NCBI RefSeq assembly: GCF_947568905.1
Contig: NC_079172.1
Coordinates: 64,976,001-65,040,000, forward strand
DNA: 64,000 nt
Reading direction: 5' to 3'
Source of the DNA: Ostrea edulis
Lineage: Eukaryota
Part shown: positions 1-9,258 of the stretch, in pieces
How positions within the stretch are numbered: the stretch's first letter is position 1
How the letters are laid out: each line of letters opens with the position of its first letter
Notes under the pieces: model-generated
Seen by the model: the letters and a program-made list of their open reading frames with translations, nothing else
What the model was told of the DNA's origin: nothing
The model's database searches: none
Position numbers and translations under genes: made by a program

Positions 1-432
1 TATCATGGGCGTGAAGAGAAGGAAATTATCCAGTTTGAAAGTAAAGAGAAGCCTTTGTATTCAGTTGGTGGCAACTCAAAATACATTTGTGAGAACAGGA
101 ACTTTGATATCTGCGTGGCAGACAGAGATGCGTGCGCAGTGGTGGTGGTCAGTCAAGGTACGAAACTCAGGTTCCGGTATGAAGGAAATCCGTCAAGTTT
201 GCGCAAAACTGAATTCAAACCGAAAGGTATAGCCACCGACAGCCTGAGTAATATTCTTGTTTCAGATCTAGATAATGCTTGTGTCCACGTTGTTGATCAA
301 AACGGAAAGTTTCTTACATTTATAGACTGTCCACGTGTGCGGGCCTGGGGATTGTGCGTCGGTTTGGATAACTACCTGTATGTTGCAGATAATGCATCCG
401 GTGATGTTATAAAGATTCGGTATCTTCAATGA
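1..432 (+). CDS. TRIM-like NHL-repeat protein, copy 0 (3' end only, 5' truncated by window edge)
   Basis: Frame from base 1 reads YHGREEKEIIQFES...GIATDSLSNILVSD...WGLCVGLDNYLYVAD...KIRYLQ*, near-identical to the C-terminal NHL repeats of the complete paralogs. Confidence 0.9.
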   Translation, partial: YHGREEKEIIQFESKEKPLYSVGGNSKYICENRNFDICVADRDACAVVVVSQGTKLRFRYEGNPSSLRKTEFKPKGIATDSLSNILVSDLDNACVHVVDQNGKFLTFIDCPRVRAWGLCVGLDNYLYVADNASGDVIKIRYLQ

Positions 433-1571
433 GGATTTCATAGACCTTGACACAAATGGGAAAGACCAAAATAAAAAGATAGGAATGAAAAATAAAAACA
501 TGTCGTGGCTAAAAGTCGTTGTAATAAAGTACTTTCTACAGTTATATGATGAATTCTAAATACATGTTGTACGTGATTTAATATATATAATAGAAACTCC
601 GTAATATGACGTAATAAATGTTCGACTTCTCCTGGATGTTTGAAACGTCGATGAAATATTGTACGTTTTCGAATTCTTTTCTTGAATGAAGAGAGACTTC
701 AAATTGTTACTATTTTGTGGATTAGAATCGAACTGGCCAATTTGGGAATTCTTTCTATTCGGAAAAAGTCCTTGCAGAGACATGTTTTTCGAAAAGTTGA
801 ACGAATGCAGATTTGGCGTATTTCTGACGTTCAACGGTTGTACACAAGTACTCCAACGAGGTTTTTCCGCGAAAACGCATTGATAGAATTTAAATCATGA
901 TATTTCTATATATAGCATTGTCTGTGTATTTGTGGGGCCAACAAAGTGGTGATCACCGACATGAAAAGGTGAAGATAACGAACAGTGATCAATCTTGTAA
1001 CTTCTATAAAAAATACAGAATTAAGAGTTGGGGAAGCACGGATATCATTTTGATTTCTTAGCGGATTTTCAAAACAGTTAAACATATATACGTTAAAGCA
1101 TATTATATTATTGATAATAAGGAAACAAAAGATACTTCTAGAATCCAAAACCTAAGTGTGAGGATTGAAAGGAATATTATTTTAATGGGACTGATCCACG
1201 ATTTCCATCCCAATTTTCTTTGTTAATTTTAATGAACAAAATCTACTGTCTATTGTGTTTAAAAAGGTTTCACAAAAGTAAGGTTATACATTATCAAAGA
1301 GGCTCATTTTAGAGAATTTATTATTTGTTTTGTAAACAAAGATTGCGAAGTGTTATCACTTACGAAGTCTTTAAAAGAAATAGATATCGATCAAAGTTTA
1401 TTATATATATCACATTTAAGTACTCTAGGTAAATTGTGTCATGTAAAAGGTAAATTTGTGACTGTAAAATTAATTTGCTTTCAACTACAAAATTAGCATT
1501 TAATTAACTTTTAATATCGGGTACTTGAAGTGAGCACCAAACCACTAGGAAGTTGGCACGAACCAAACCAC

Positions 1572-1817
1572 TGACTCAAACTATCCGAGAGTAAATTGGT
1601 ACTCAAAGCATCCGTGAGTAATTGGGACTCAAAACATCCGTGAGTAAATGGGTCTCAAAGCATACGTGAATAAATGAAACTGAAATCATCCGTGAGTATA
1701 TGTGACTAAAAGCATCCTTGAGTAAATGGGATTCAAAACATCTGTGAGTAAAGAGACTCAAATCACCCGTGAGTAAAGGACACAAAGCATCCGTGAGTAA
1801 ATGGCACTCAAAGCATC
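1572..1817. repeat. 26-bp minisatellite (CCGTGAGTAAATGGGACTCAAAACAT-like)
   Basis: Degenerate tandem units read directly; homologous arrays lie downstream of copies A-E. Confidence 0.85.
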
Positions 1818-1998
1818 TTTAAATAAAGGGTTTTTACCACGATTTTTAATGTAATTAAAATCAGGAGTATAACCTTAATAAAGCACGTTTTTGCTTTTAT
1901 ATTGTTTCCTTACTCCCAATAATTGATACAAACATGCATTTTTTCTGCATATATTCAAAGATTCCGCTTTACAAATCTTCACTAATGAGCTACCTAGT

Positions 1999-2026
1999 CA
2001 CGTGGTACGTCATGACGTCATACGTG
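1999..2026. promoter_or_regulatory. Cluster of four ACGT cores including CACGTG (E-box) and TGACGTCA (CRE-like)
   Basis: Sequence CACGTGGTACGTCATGACGTCATACGTG; motif match only, no functional evidence. Identical copy at 19524-19551. Confidence 0.3.
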
Positions 2027-2599
2027 TCAATGTGCTGCAGCTCAGCTATGTATGTGTGTGTGAAAAGATTCTATTGGAAGTAATAAATTATACAGAATGG
2101 ATAAGTAATGTTCCGACATCGATGACATCCCGTTAATATTTAAGATTCCGCCATACATATTTTAAACCTGCTGCTGAGACAAATCTTAAAGAAATTCCAT
2201 CGGCAAACATTTATATTAGCCTAATACATGTGCGAACATCGACATTGACGTACTCGGACGGAGATCCCGCTCACAGAAAGGATGGAATTTTCAACTTTTG
2301 GTATATATCTGAATGACACATTTCGTTTGCAAACATTTTGACTGTGTTCCCTTGTAGATCATAATATAGTTTTAAAGCATTAGAGGTCTGTATATGTAGA
2401 GTGTAACATGAATTAGTCAATGATGATCTAATTAAAATCGGTTCTTCTCTAACCGCTACACTGGAGAAGGTAGACAAGATTTGTTTTTAATTAAATTGAT
2501 GCATTAACCTACAACGTGTCGACGGAAACAGCCGATTTACCGATATCGGTTTAATTTATAATTTTATTTTTCAAGGGGGGGGGGGCGGATTTTAAAATT

Positions 2600-2990
2600 A
2601 CCAATCTGATGAAAATCTATCATATAAGTAGCTGACTTCCTTATGTGTGATATCTGAAAAATCATGACATATCACGATACCCAATATCACTACTCGCCAT
2701 ACGTATCGTTGTAAGTTAGTTAAATATATAATATAAACACGGAGTTCCTTAAGGTATCCACACAGATCTTGAAATTTCATTGTACCGATAATCAAAATGT
2801 ATAAGTAGTTGATTTCCTTAAGAGCGATATCTGAAAATTCGTGGCGTATCAAAACACTATCTATCACTTCTTGCCATATGTATAGTAAATTCGTCAGATA
2901 TCTAATACAAACAGAAAGTTCTTTACGGTATTCACAGAAATGTTGAAATTTCAGGGTAACTCGAATCAAATTGTAAAAGTAATAGATATC
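2600..2990. repeat. Two diverged ~177-bp tandem units, probably from a repeat-bearing element
   Basis: GATATCTGAAAA recurs at 2649 and 2826 with homologous flanks; second copy of the block at ~20126-20515. Confidence 0.55.
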
Positions 2991-3224
2991 TCAAAATGGA
3001 TGGTATATCAAATGAATGAAGGTCTGAATTCAATCCGTAACATTTTTAAAGTAAACGCTCAGTGGAAAAAGTTTATTCGTATTTTGCATTGCAACGTTAT
3101 GTAATTGGGGTTAATTGAGCATGCAATTTATACGACTCCTCGTCCTCTTTAGATATAAATCTGATAGATAATAATTTTCAAACTCATTAACATTCATCTG
3201 GTAGCGAGCTATCAGTAATTATAA

Positions 3225-3682
3225 CTTTTATATTTTGTAGTAAATTGCTACGAGTAGCTAACTTTTCTTATTTTTAGTAGCTGGTCACTAGTAACTGGCT
3301 ACTAGTTTCTAACTTTTCTCTTTTTAAGTAGCCAGTTACTAGTATCTGGCTACTGGTAGCCAACGTTTCCTTTTTCAAGTAAACAGTTACTAGTAGCTGG
3401 CTACTAGTTGCTAACTTTTCCTGGTTCAAATATCTGGCTACTAGTAGCCAACTTTTTTCTTTTCAAGTAGCCAGTTACTAGTAGCTGGCTACTGGTAGCC
3501 AACGTTTCCCTTTTCAAGTAAACAGTTACTAGTAGCTGGCTACTAGTAGCCAACTTTTCTCTTTTTAAGTAACCAGTTACTAGTAGCCAACTTTTCTCTT
3601 TTTAAGTAACCAGTTACTAGTAGCTGGTTACTAGTAGCCAACTTTTCTCTTTTTAAGTAACCAGTTACTAGTAGCCAACTTT
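3225..3682. repeat. ~36-50-bp palindrome-rich minisatellite (TAGTAGCCAACTTTTCTCTTTTTAAGTAACCAGTTAC-like)
   Basis: Tandem units read directly; homolog at ~20745-21128. Confidence 0.8.
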
Positions 3683-3760
3683 ACCGATCTTGTTATCTAT
3701 ACTCTATCAACATTGTCTACAGTGTAGGATATGACACTTTTGAATTTCAATTCATTTTAA

Positions 3761-4313
3761 GGTCGATCGATCCTCATGTGACTTATCAATAATAATGGTT
3801 AAAAGTGCAAAAACTGTATTAATTTCCATTCAATATAGTTAAATTTAAACAATAACCATAGAAAATGTGTATGTTGCCACATTTTTAAAGATGTCAGACA
3901 TAAAAAAACCGGAAGTATATGTTAACATCAGAAAATCACACATTTTCGTTGTACAGAAGAATTAAAATCGATAAAATCTTGTTGAAATGACAAATTTTAA
4001 ATGTCAACAGTTTAAGAAAACTGTTAATTCATAAATATGTATAAATTAATTGTGGATATTAGGGAAATCATACATAATAGACATGCAGTAGGAGAAATAC
4101 CAGCATAGGAGTTATTGCCCTTGACAACATTTTTTTAAATTATAGATTATCTATAGAAAATATACACTTTTTCAATATCAATAGTTTACCAAATTTTTTT
4201 TATTTTATGTAGTAAATAAAATTCCTCTGAAGATAGATTTCTTTCATGCGCAAAGTTTAATTTGATAAAGATTTTTGCAAAAACCTATGACATCACACGA
4301 AGATCGATTAACC
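3761..4313. mobile_element. Non-autonomous Kolobok-like DNA transposon (553 bp)
   Basis: TTAA duplicated at 3757-3760 and 4314-4317; imperfect ~21-bp TIRs beginning GG (GGTCGATCGATCCTCATGTGA vs GGTTAATCGATCTTCGTGTGA); empty single-TTAA site in paralogous spacers such as 21204-21207. Family call rests on the TTAA TSD plus RR termini. Confidence 0.7.
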
Positions 4314-4555
4314 TTAAGGATGAATGCTACACCAGAGAAATTGGATATGGGTTTAAAGTGAATGATATGTACAACAATAATTTGAAATTGAAAACTTTCA
4401 AATTTATTTTCATTTAGTAAAAAAAATATGCAGTTTTATTAGAAAGCAACCTGAACTTTTTTTCCTTAAAAAACAAAACAAAACTCCTGCTGGACTTGAA
4501 TCCACGATCTGCAGTTCAGCTTCTGAGTTACTCAACTAGGAAATGACATTTTATC

Positions 4556-4660
4556 GATTGATTGATTCTACATGCATATTGTTTAACGACCTCCTCGAGA
4601 ATTTTGTACTCATATGGAGACGTCACCATTACCGATGAAGGGCTGCAACATTTAGGCATT
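4556..4660 (-). mobile_element. 5'-truncated SINE 3' fragment (also upstream of the other copies)
   Basis: GAGAATTTT...CTCATATGGAGACGTCACCATTACC..TGAAGGGCTGCAA matches the 3' part of the longer SINEs in this window, with an ATTG-repeat tail. Confidence 0.55.
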
Positions 4661-4721
4661 TGAAATGAATAGACAAGTATTGCTGATAGTTAAGCAATGA
4701 ATTATTTTTTGAAAGATGTAA

Positions 4722-4815
4722 TCTCATAACTGCAACGATGTGTGCATACAAATTAAATAACGCGCATTGAGAAAATTCACTAAATTTGTTTGCACACATC
4801 GTTGCAGTTATGATA
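4722..4815. other. ~33-bp inverted repeat / hairpin, present upstream of every complete gene start
   Basis: TCTCATAACTGCAACGATGTGTGCATACAAATT ... AATTTGTTTGCACACATCGTTGCAGTTATGATA; homologs near 15108, 21623, 32785, 42316, 52050 and 62014. Confidence 0.8.
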
Positions 4816-4912
4816 CTACCTCTTTAAGAAAGCATTGCCTTTATCATAATACCAACTTCTCTGCCATCGAATGAGGTGCACTTGTGTTGTTTGAAACGGA
4901 TTTTGTCTGTAA

Positions 4913-5115
4913 TAATAATAGTAGGGGTCTATATCATACCACCCCCTTAATGAAAGGTAAAGATAACGAAAAGTGATCAATCTCATAACTCACATAAACA
5001 ATACAAAATAGAGAGTTGGGCAAACACGGTTCCCTGGATATACCAGAGGTGGGATCAGGTAGGGTTATAATAATCTTTTTAGAAGGTGGTATGGTATAGA
5101 CCCCTACTATTATTA
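4913..5115. mobile_element. 31-bp inverted-repeat pair enclosing a minus-strand 3' fragment (4952-5060) of the Penelope-like element
   Basis: Arms TAATAATAGTAGGGGTCTATATCATACCACC (4913-4943) and GGTGGTATGGTATAGACCCCTACTATTATTA (5085-5115); the enclosed sequence is the reverse complement of the 3' end of 57762-58628. Repeated upstream of each gene. Confidence 0.7.
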
Positions 5116-5755
5116 ATTACAAAATAACCGGTTCCTGTCGGCCTAGATGCAGACGACATGATAGACAGTGTCCATACGCCTAACAGATTTACAGTGATTC
5201 GATCCTTGCATTTATCAACAAATATCCTTCAAAATTCTCTCATGCATTAAAGAATAAATGTAAATATTTATATTTTCATTCATGTTTTAAAAGGAAGTCA
5301 GCGATTAGGACGATGTAGAGTACCTCCTTAAATGCAATATACACCGATCGCTTTCTGATTTAAATCACGGGTCACATGCCTGGGATGATATGATATCTTT
5401 TATTGTCGAGGACGGCAGCCATTGTGATAGTTTAGGTAGGACTCTTGATTACGGTAGGGTATCGGCCCTATATACTATATAAGGAAATACAACAGGAGGG
5501 AATGATGATGCGTGCTTGTTACGATCTCTGACATAATCCATCGTGTAGAAAACACAACTTCTGAAATTTAGTTAATTTCAAATGCAATTTACAGCAATTG
5601 CGTCAAGATTTAAAGCATGGATTACCTGCCTTATCTTTTGCTGTTGTGGACGGCCGCCATTGTGAGAGATTAGGTGAGGACTCTAGATTATCATACTTAT
5701 AGAGTGTATAACAAATACAACACACGGAAATAATGATGCGTGTTTGTTTCTATCT

Positions 5756-5774
5756 CTGACGTAATTCATTTCAG
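5756..5774 (+). other. Putative 3' splice site (branch-like CTGAC, then TTTCAG) 15 nt upstream of the ATG
   Basis: CTGACGTAATTCATTTCAG|GAATCTAAAATAAAGATG; conserved before all seven visible start codons. Confidence 0.6.
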
Positions 5775-5789
5775 GAATCTAAAATAAAG

Positions 5790-7409
5790 ATGGACCCTCA
5801 CAACCGAGCCCAGGACGTCCTACACTGTGAATTATGTGAAGAGAATGTGGTACAGATGCACTGTGATACGTGTCTTGTCAAACTGTGTAAGACCTGTGTA
5901 GGAGATCACATCTCATCGGAGGAATGCGAGGATCCCAAAGTCGTTAGATTCCAGTCCAGGAAATCCGCCCCTGTGTATCCAACGTGTGCATTATATGATA
6001 ACAAGTGGTGTGAAATGCACTGCCAGCAGTGCACTGTACCAATCTGTTTCATTTGCGCAACATCTGAAAAACACGCCGGTCATCGATTTAAAAACATTGT
6101 AGACATTTTTGATGAAAAGAAGAGAGCGTTTGAAAAAAAGATAACAGATCTCCAAGAAAATATTCGAGTGAAACACGCGGATCAAGCTTCGAAAATGGAG
6201 AAGCGAATTGTGGATCTAGAAAAGGAATGCACGACACTTCTAGACACTGTGTCTAAACACGGAGAAGAAATGAAAAGAGAAATTGATCAAATTGTTAAGG
6301 AAGTGCAGTCCGAAATTGAGAGTATCAGGAAAAATCACGTGGAACTGTTGACGACAACAAGAACAGAAGTCCAGCAGAATTTGACCGAGATCGACAGGGA
6401 CGTGTCCTCATTAAAAGAAACACTAGACTCTAACGACATTAACAAAGTCTTCCACTTTACACCAAACAACAAGATTTACAAAAATCTATCAGACGATCCC
6501 GTGCTGACGATGCCGGTTTTCTCTACAAAGAGGATCGACTCTGTACAACTCCGTGAAATGTTTGGAACACTGTCCACCGCTATAGCAAAAGTCAGACTGA
6601 TGGAAACACCGCTAATGGTCCATAGAATAGCGACTGGTTATTCTCACCTTTATGGTGTTGCATTTCTAGACAGGATTGGGATATGGGCAACGGGAAATGG
6701 CGATCAAATAAAACTATTTGATATGAATGACAAGTCCACTAAGAAGTCAATCGACACCAAACTGTCAGGCGAAAAACTTGTATCAGTGACAAATCAAGGC
6801 CATCTTCTTTACGCGGAAAAGGGTGGCAGGACGATTCACATTGTTAAACGTGAACAGAGTGAAGAATTGATCAGTCTACATGGCTGGGGAGTTCGCGGCT
6901 TCTGCATCACTTCCGCTGACGATATTCTGGTCGTCATGACAAGTGTAAATAACGGAAGAGAAACTAGAGTTGTTCGATATCATGGGCGTGAAGAGAAGGA
7001 AATTATCCAGTTTGAAAGTAAAGAGAAGCCTTTGTATTCAGTTGGTGGCAACTCAAAATACATTAGTGAGAACAGGAACTTTGATATCTGTGTGGCAGAC
7101 AGAGATGCGTGCGCAGTGGTGGTCTTGAGTCAAGATAGGAAACTCAGGTTCTGGTATAAAGGAAATCCATCAAGTTTGCGCAAAACTGAATTCAAACCGA
7201 AAGGTATAACTACCGACAGCCTGAGTAATATTCTTGTTTCAGATCTAGATAATGCTTGTGTCCACGTTGTTGATCAAAACGGAAAGTTTCTTACATTTAT
7301 AGACTGTCCACGTGTGCAGCCCTGGGGACTGTGCGTCGGTTTGGATAACTACCTGTATGTTGCAGATAATTTATCCAGAGATGTTATAAAGATTCGGTTT
7401 CTTCAATAA
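5790..7409 (+). CDS. TRIM-like protein copy A (B-box1, B-box2, coiled coil, NHL repeats; no RING), 539 aa
   Basis: Uninterrupted ORF with CxxC..CxxC..CxxC..H B-box patterns, a heptad-rich helical segment, and NHL-type motifs (PKGITTDSLSNILVSD, PWGLCVGLDNYLYVAD). Confidence 0.92.
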   Translation: MDPHNRAQDVLHCELCEENVVQMHCDTCLVKLCKTCVGDHISSEECEDPKVVRFQSRKSAPVYPTCALYDNKWCEMHCQQCTVPICFICATSEKHAGHRFKNIVDIFDEKKRAFEKKITDLQENIRVKHADQASKMEKRIVDLEKECTTLLDTVSKHGEEMKREIDQIVKEVQSEIESIRKNHVELLTTTRTEVQQNLTEIDRDVSSLKETLDSNDINKVFHFTPNNKIYKNLSDDPVLTMPVFSTKRIDSVQLREMFGTLSTAIAKVRLMETPLMVHRIATGYSHLYGVAFLDRIGIWATGNGDQIKLFDMNDKSTKKSIDTKLSGEKLVSVTNQGHLLYAEKGGRTIHIVKREQSEELISLHGWGVRGFCITSADDILVVMTSVNNGRETRVVRYHGREEKEIIQFESKEKPLYSVGGNSKYISENRNFDICVADRDACAVVVLSQDRKLRFWYKGNPSSLRKTEFKPKGITTDSLSNILVSDLDNACVHVVDQNGKFLTFIDCPRVQPWGLCVGLDNYLYVADNLSRDVIKIRFLQ

Positions 7410-8572
7410 GGATTTCATAGACCTGGGATTCAATGCTTGACACAAATGGGAAAGACCAAAATAAAAAGATAGTAATGAAAAATAAAAACATGCCGTGCAT
7501 AAAAGTCGTTGTACAGATAATAAAGGACTTTCTACAGTTACATGAATATGATAAATTCTAAATGCATGTTGTACGTGATTTGATATAATAGAAAATCCGT
7601 AATATGACGTAATAAATGTCCGACTTCTCCTGAATGTTTGAAACGTCGATGAAGAATTGTACATTTTAGAATTATTTTCTTGAATGAAGAGAGAATTCGA
7701 ATTGTTACTTTTTTGTGGATTAAAGTCGAACTGGCCAATTGAGAATTCTTTCTAGTCGAAAAATGTCCTTGCAGAGACATGTTTCTCAAAAAGTTGATCG
7801 AATACATATTTGGCGTGTTCTTGACGTTGTACATAAGTAATCCAATGGTAACGAGCATTTTCCGCGAAAACGCATTGATAGAATCTAAATCATGCCATTT
7901 CTATATATAGCATTGTCTGTGTATTTGTGGGGCCAACAAAGTGGTGATCACCGACATAAAAAGGTGAAGATAACGAACAGTGATCAATATTGTAACTTCT
8001 ATAAAAAATACAGAATTAAGAGTTGGGGAAACACTGATATTATTTGGATTCTTTTGCGGATTTGCATTGCAAAACAGTTAAACATATATATACGTTAAAG
8101 CATATTATATTATTGATATTTAATAAGGGAAAAAACGATACCTCTAGAATCCAAAACCTAAGTGTGAGGATTGAACGAAATATTCTTTTAATGGGACAGA
8201 TCCACGATTTCCATCTCAATTTTGTTTCGTTTTTTTAATGACCAAAATCTACTGTCTAGTATGTTTAAAAGGTCTCACAAAAACAAGGTTAGACATTATC
8301 AAAGAGGCTCATTTGAGAGAGTTTATTATTTGTTTTGTAAACAAAGATTGCGAAATGTTATCGCTTACAAAGTTTTCAAAAGAAATGGATATTGATCGAA
8401 GTTTATTATATATATCACATTTAAGCACTCTTTAGGTAAATTGTGTCATGTAAAATGTAAATTTGTGACTGTGTAAAATTAATTTGCTTTCAACTACAAA
8501 ATTAGCATTTAATTCACTTCTAATATCGGGTACTTGGGGGAACGAACAAGCACCATCTATCATAAACGTCTT

Positions 8573-8574
<2 letters not shown>

Positions 8575-8628
<54 letters not shown>
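8575..8628. repeat. (AT)27 microsatellite
   Basis: Read directly; the homologous site is short near 25550 and 46601 and long at 36677. Confidence 0.95.
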
Positions 8629-8630
<2 letters not shown>

Positions 8631-8716
8631 CGGCGTGGGGATCGAGAAACGAATCTGGAACTTAAGGTTGCGAAGCGAGCGTCAAACCACTAGGAAGTTG
8701 GCACGAACCAAACCAC

Positions 8717-9148
8717 TGACTCAAACTATCCGAGAGTAAGTGGGACTTAAACCATCCGTGAGTAATTGGGACTCAAAGCATACGTGAATAAATGGGATTC
8801 AAAATATCCGTGAGTAATTGGCAAAACATCCGTGAGTAAATGGGACTCAAAGCATCCGTGAGTAAATGGGACTCAAAATATCCGTGAGTAATTGGGACTC
8901 AAAACATCCGTGAGTAAATGGGTCTCAAAGCATACGTGAATAAATGAAACTCAAATCATCTGTGAGTAAATATGACTTAAAACATCCTTGAGTAAATGGG
9001 ATTCAAAACAACTGTGAGTAAAGAGACTCAAAGCATACATGAATAAGTGAAATCAAATCATCCGTGAGTAAATACGACTCAAACCACTAGGAAGTTAGCA
9101 TGAACAAAACCACTGACTCAAATCACCCGTGAGTAAATGGCACTCAAA
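8717..9148. repeat. 26-bp minisatellite
   Basis: Tandem CCGTGAGTAAATGGGACTCAAAGCAT-like units. Confidence 0.85.
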
Positions 9149-9258
9149 GAAGGGACTCGAGGTAATCCAACTATGTTGTGATCATTCAAGAGGAGTTAAC
9201 TAACAAATGTCGTAAAACCGGGGTGTGGGGTTGGGGGTTGGGGTGTGTGTACGGGTGT

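Noticed and set aside
2598-2969. 123-aa minus-strand ORF with an internal repeat (also 20124-20495)
   Set aside because: The repeat reflects the 177-bp DNA tandem unit; non-ATG start; conservation is explained by recent duplication.
4487-4545. tRNA-like remnant on the minus strand (GGATTCAAGTCC B-box-like)
   Set aside because: Too short and degenerate to call.
5991-6185. Antisense ORFs overlapping the TRIM CDSs (repeated in each copy)
   Set aside because: Short shadow frames that recur only because the genes are duplicated.
5790-7409. Assigning a gene symbol such as TRIM71, TRIM2/3 or brat
   Set aside because: The architecture is similar, but orthology cannot be established by eye for a lineage-expanded, RING-less family.
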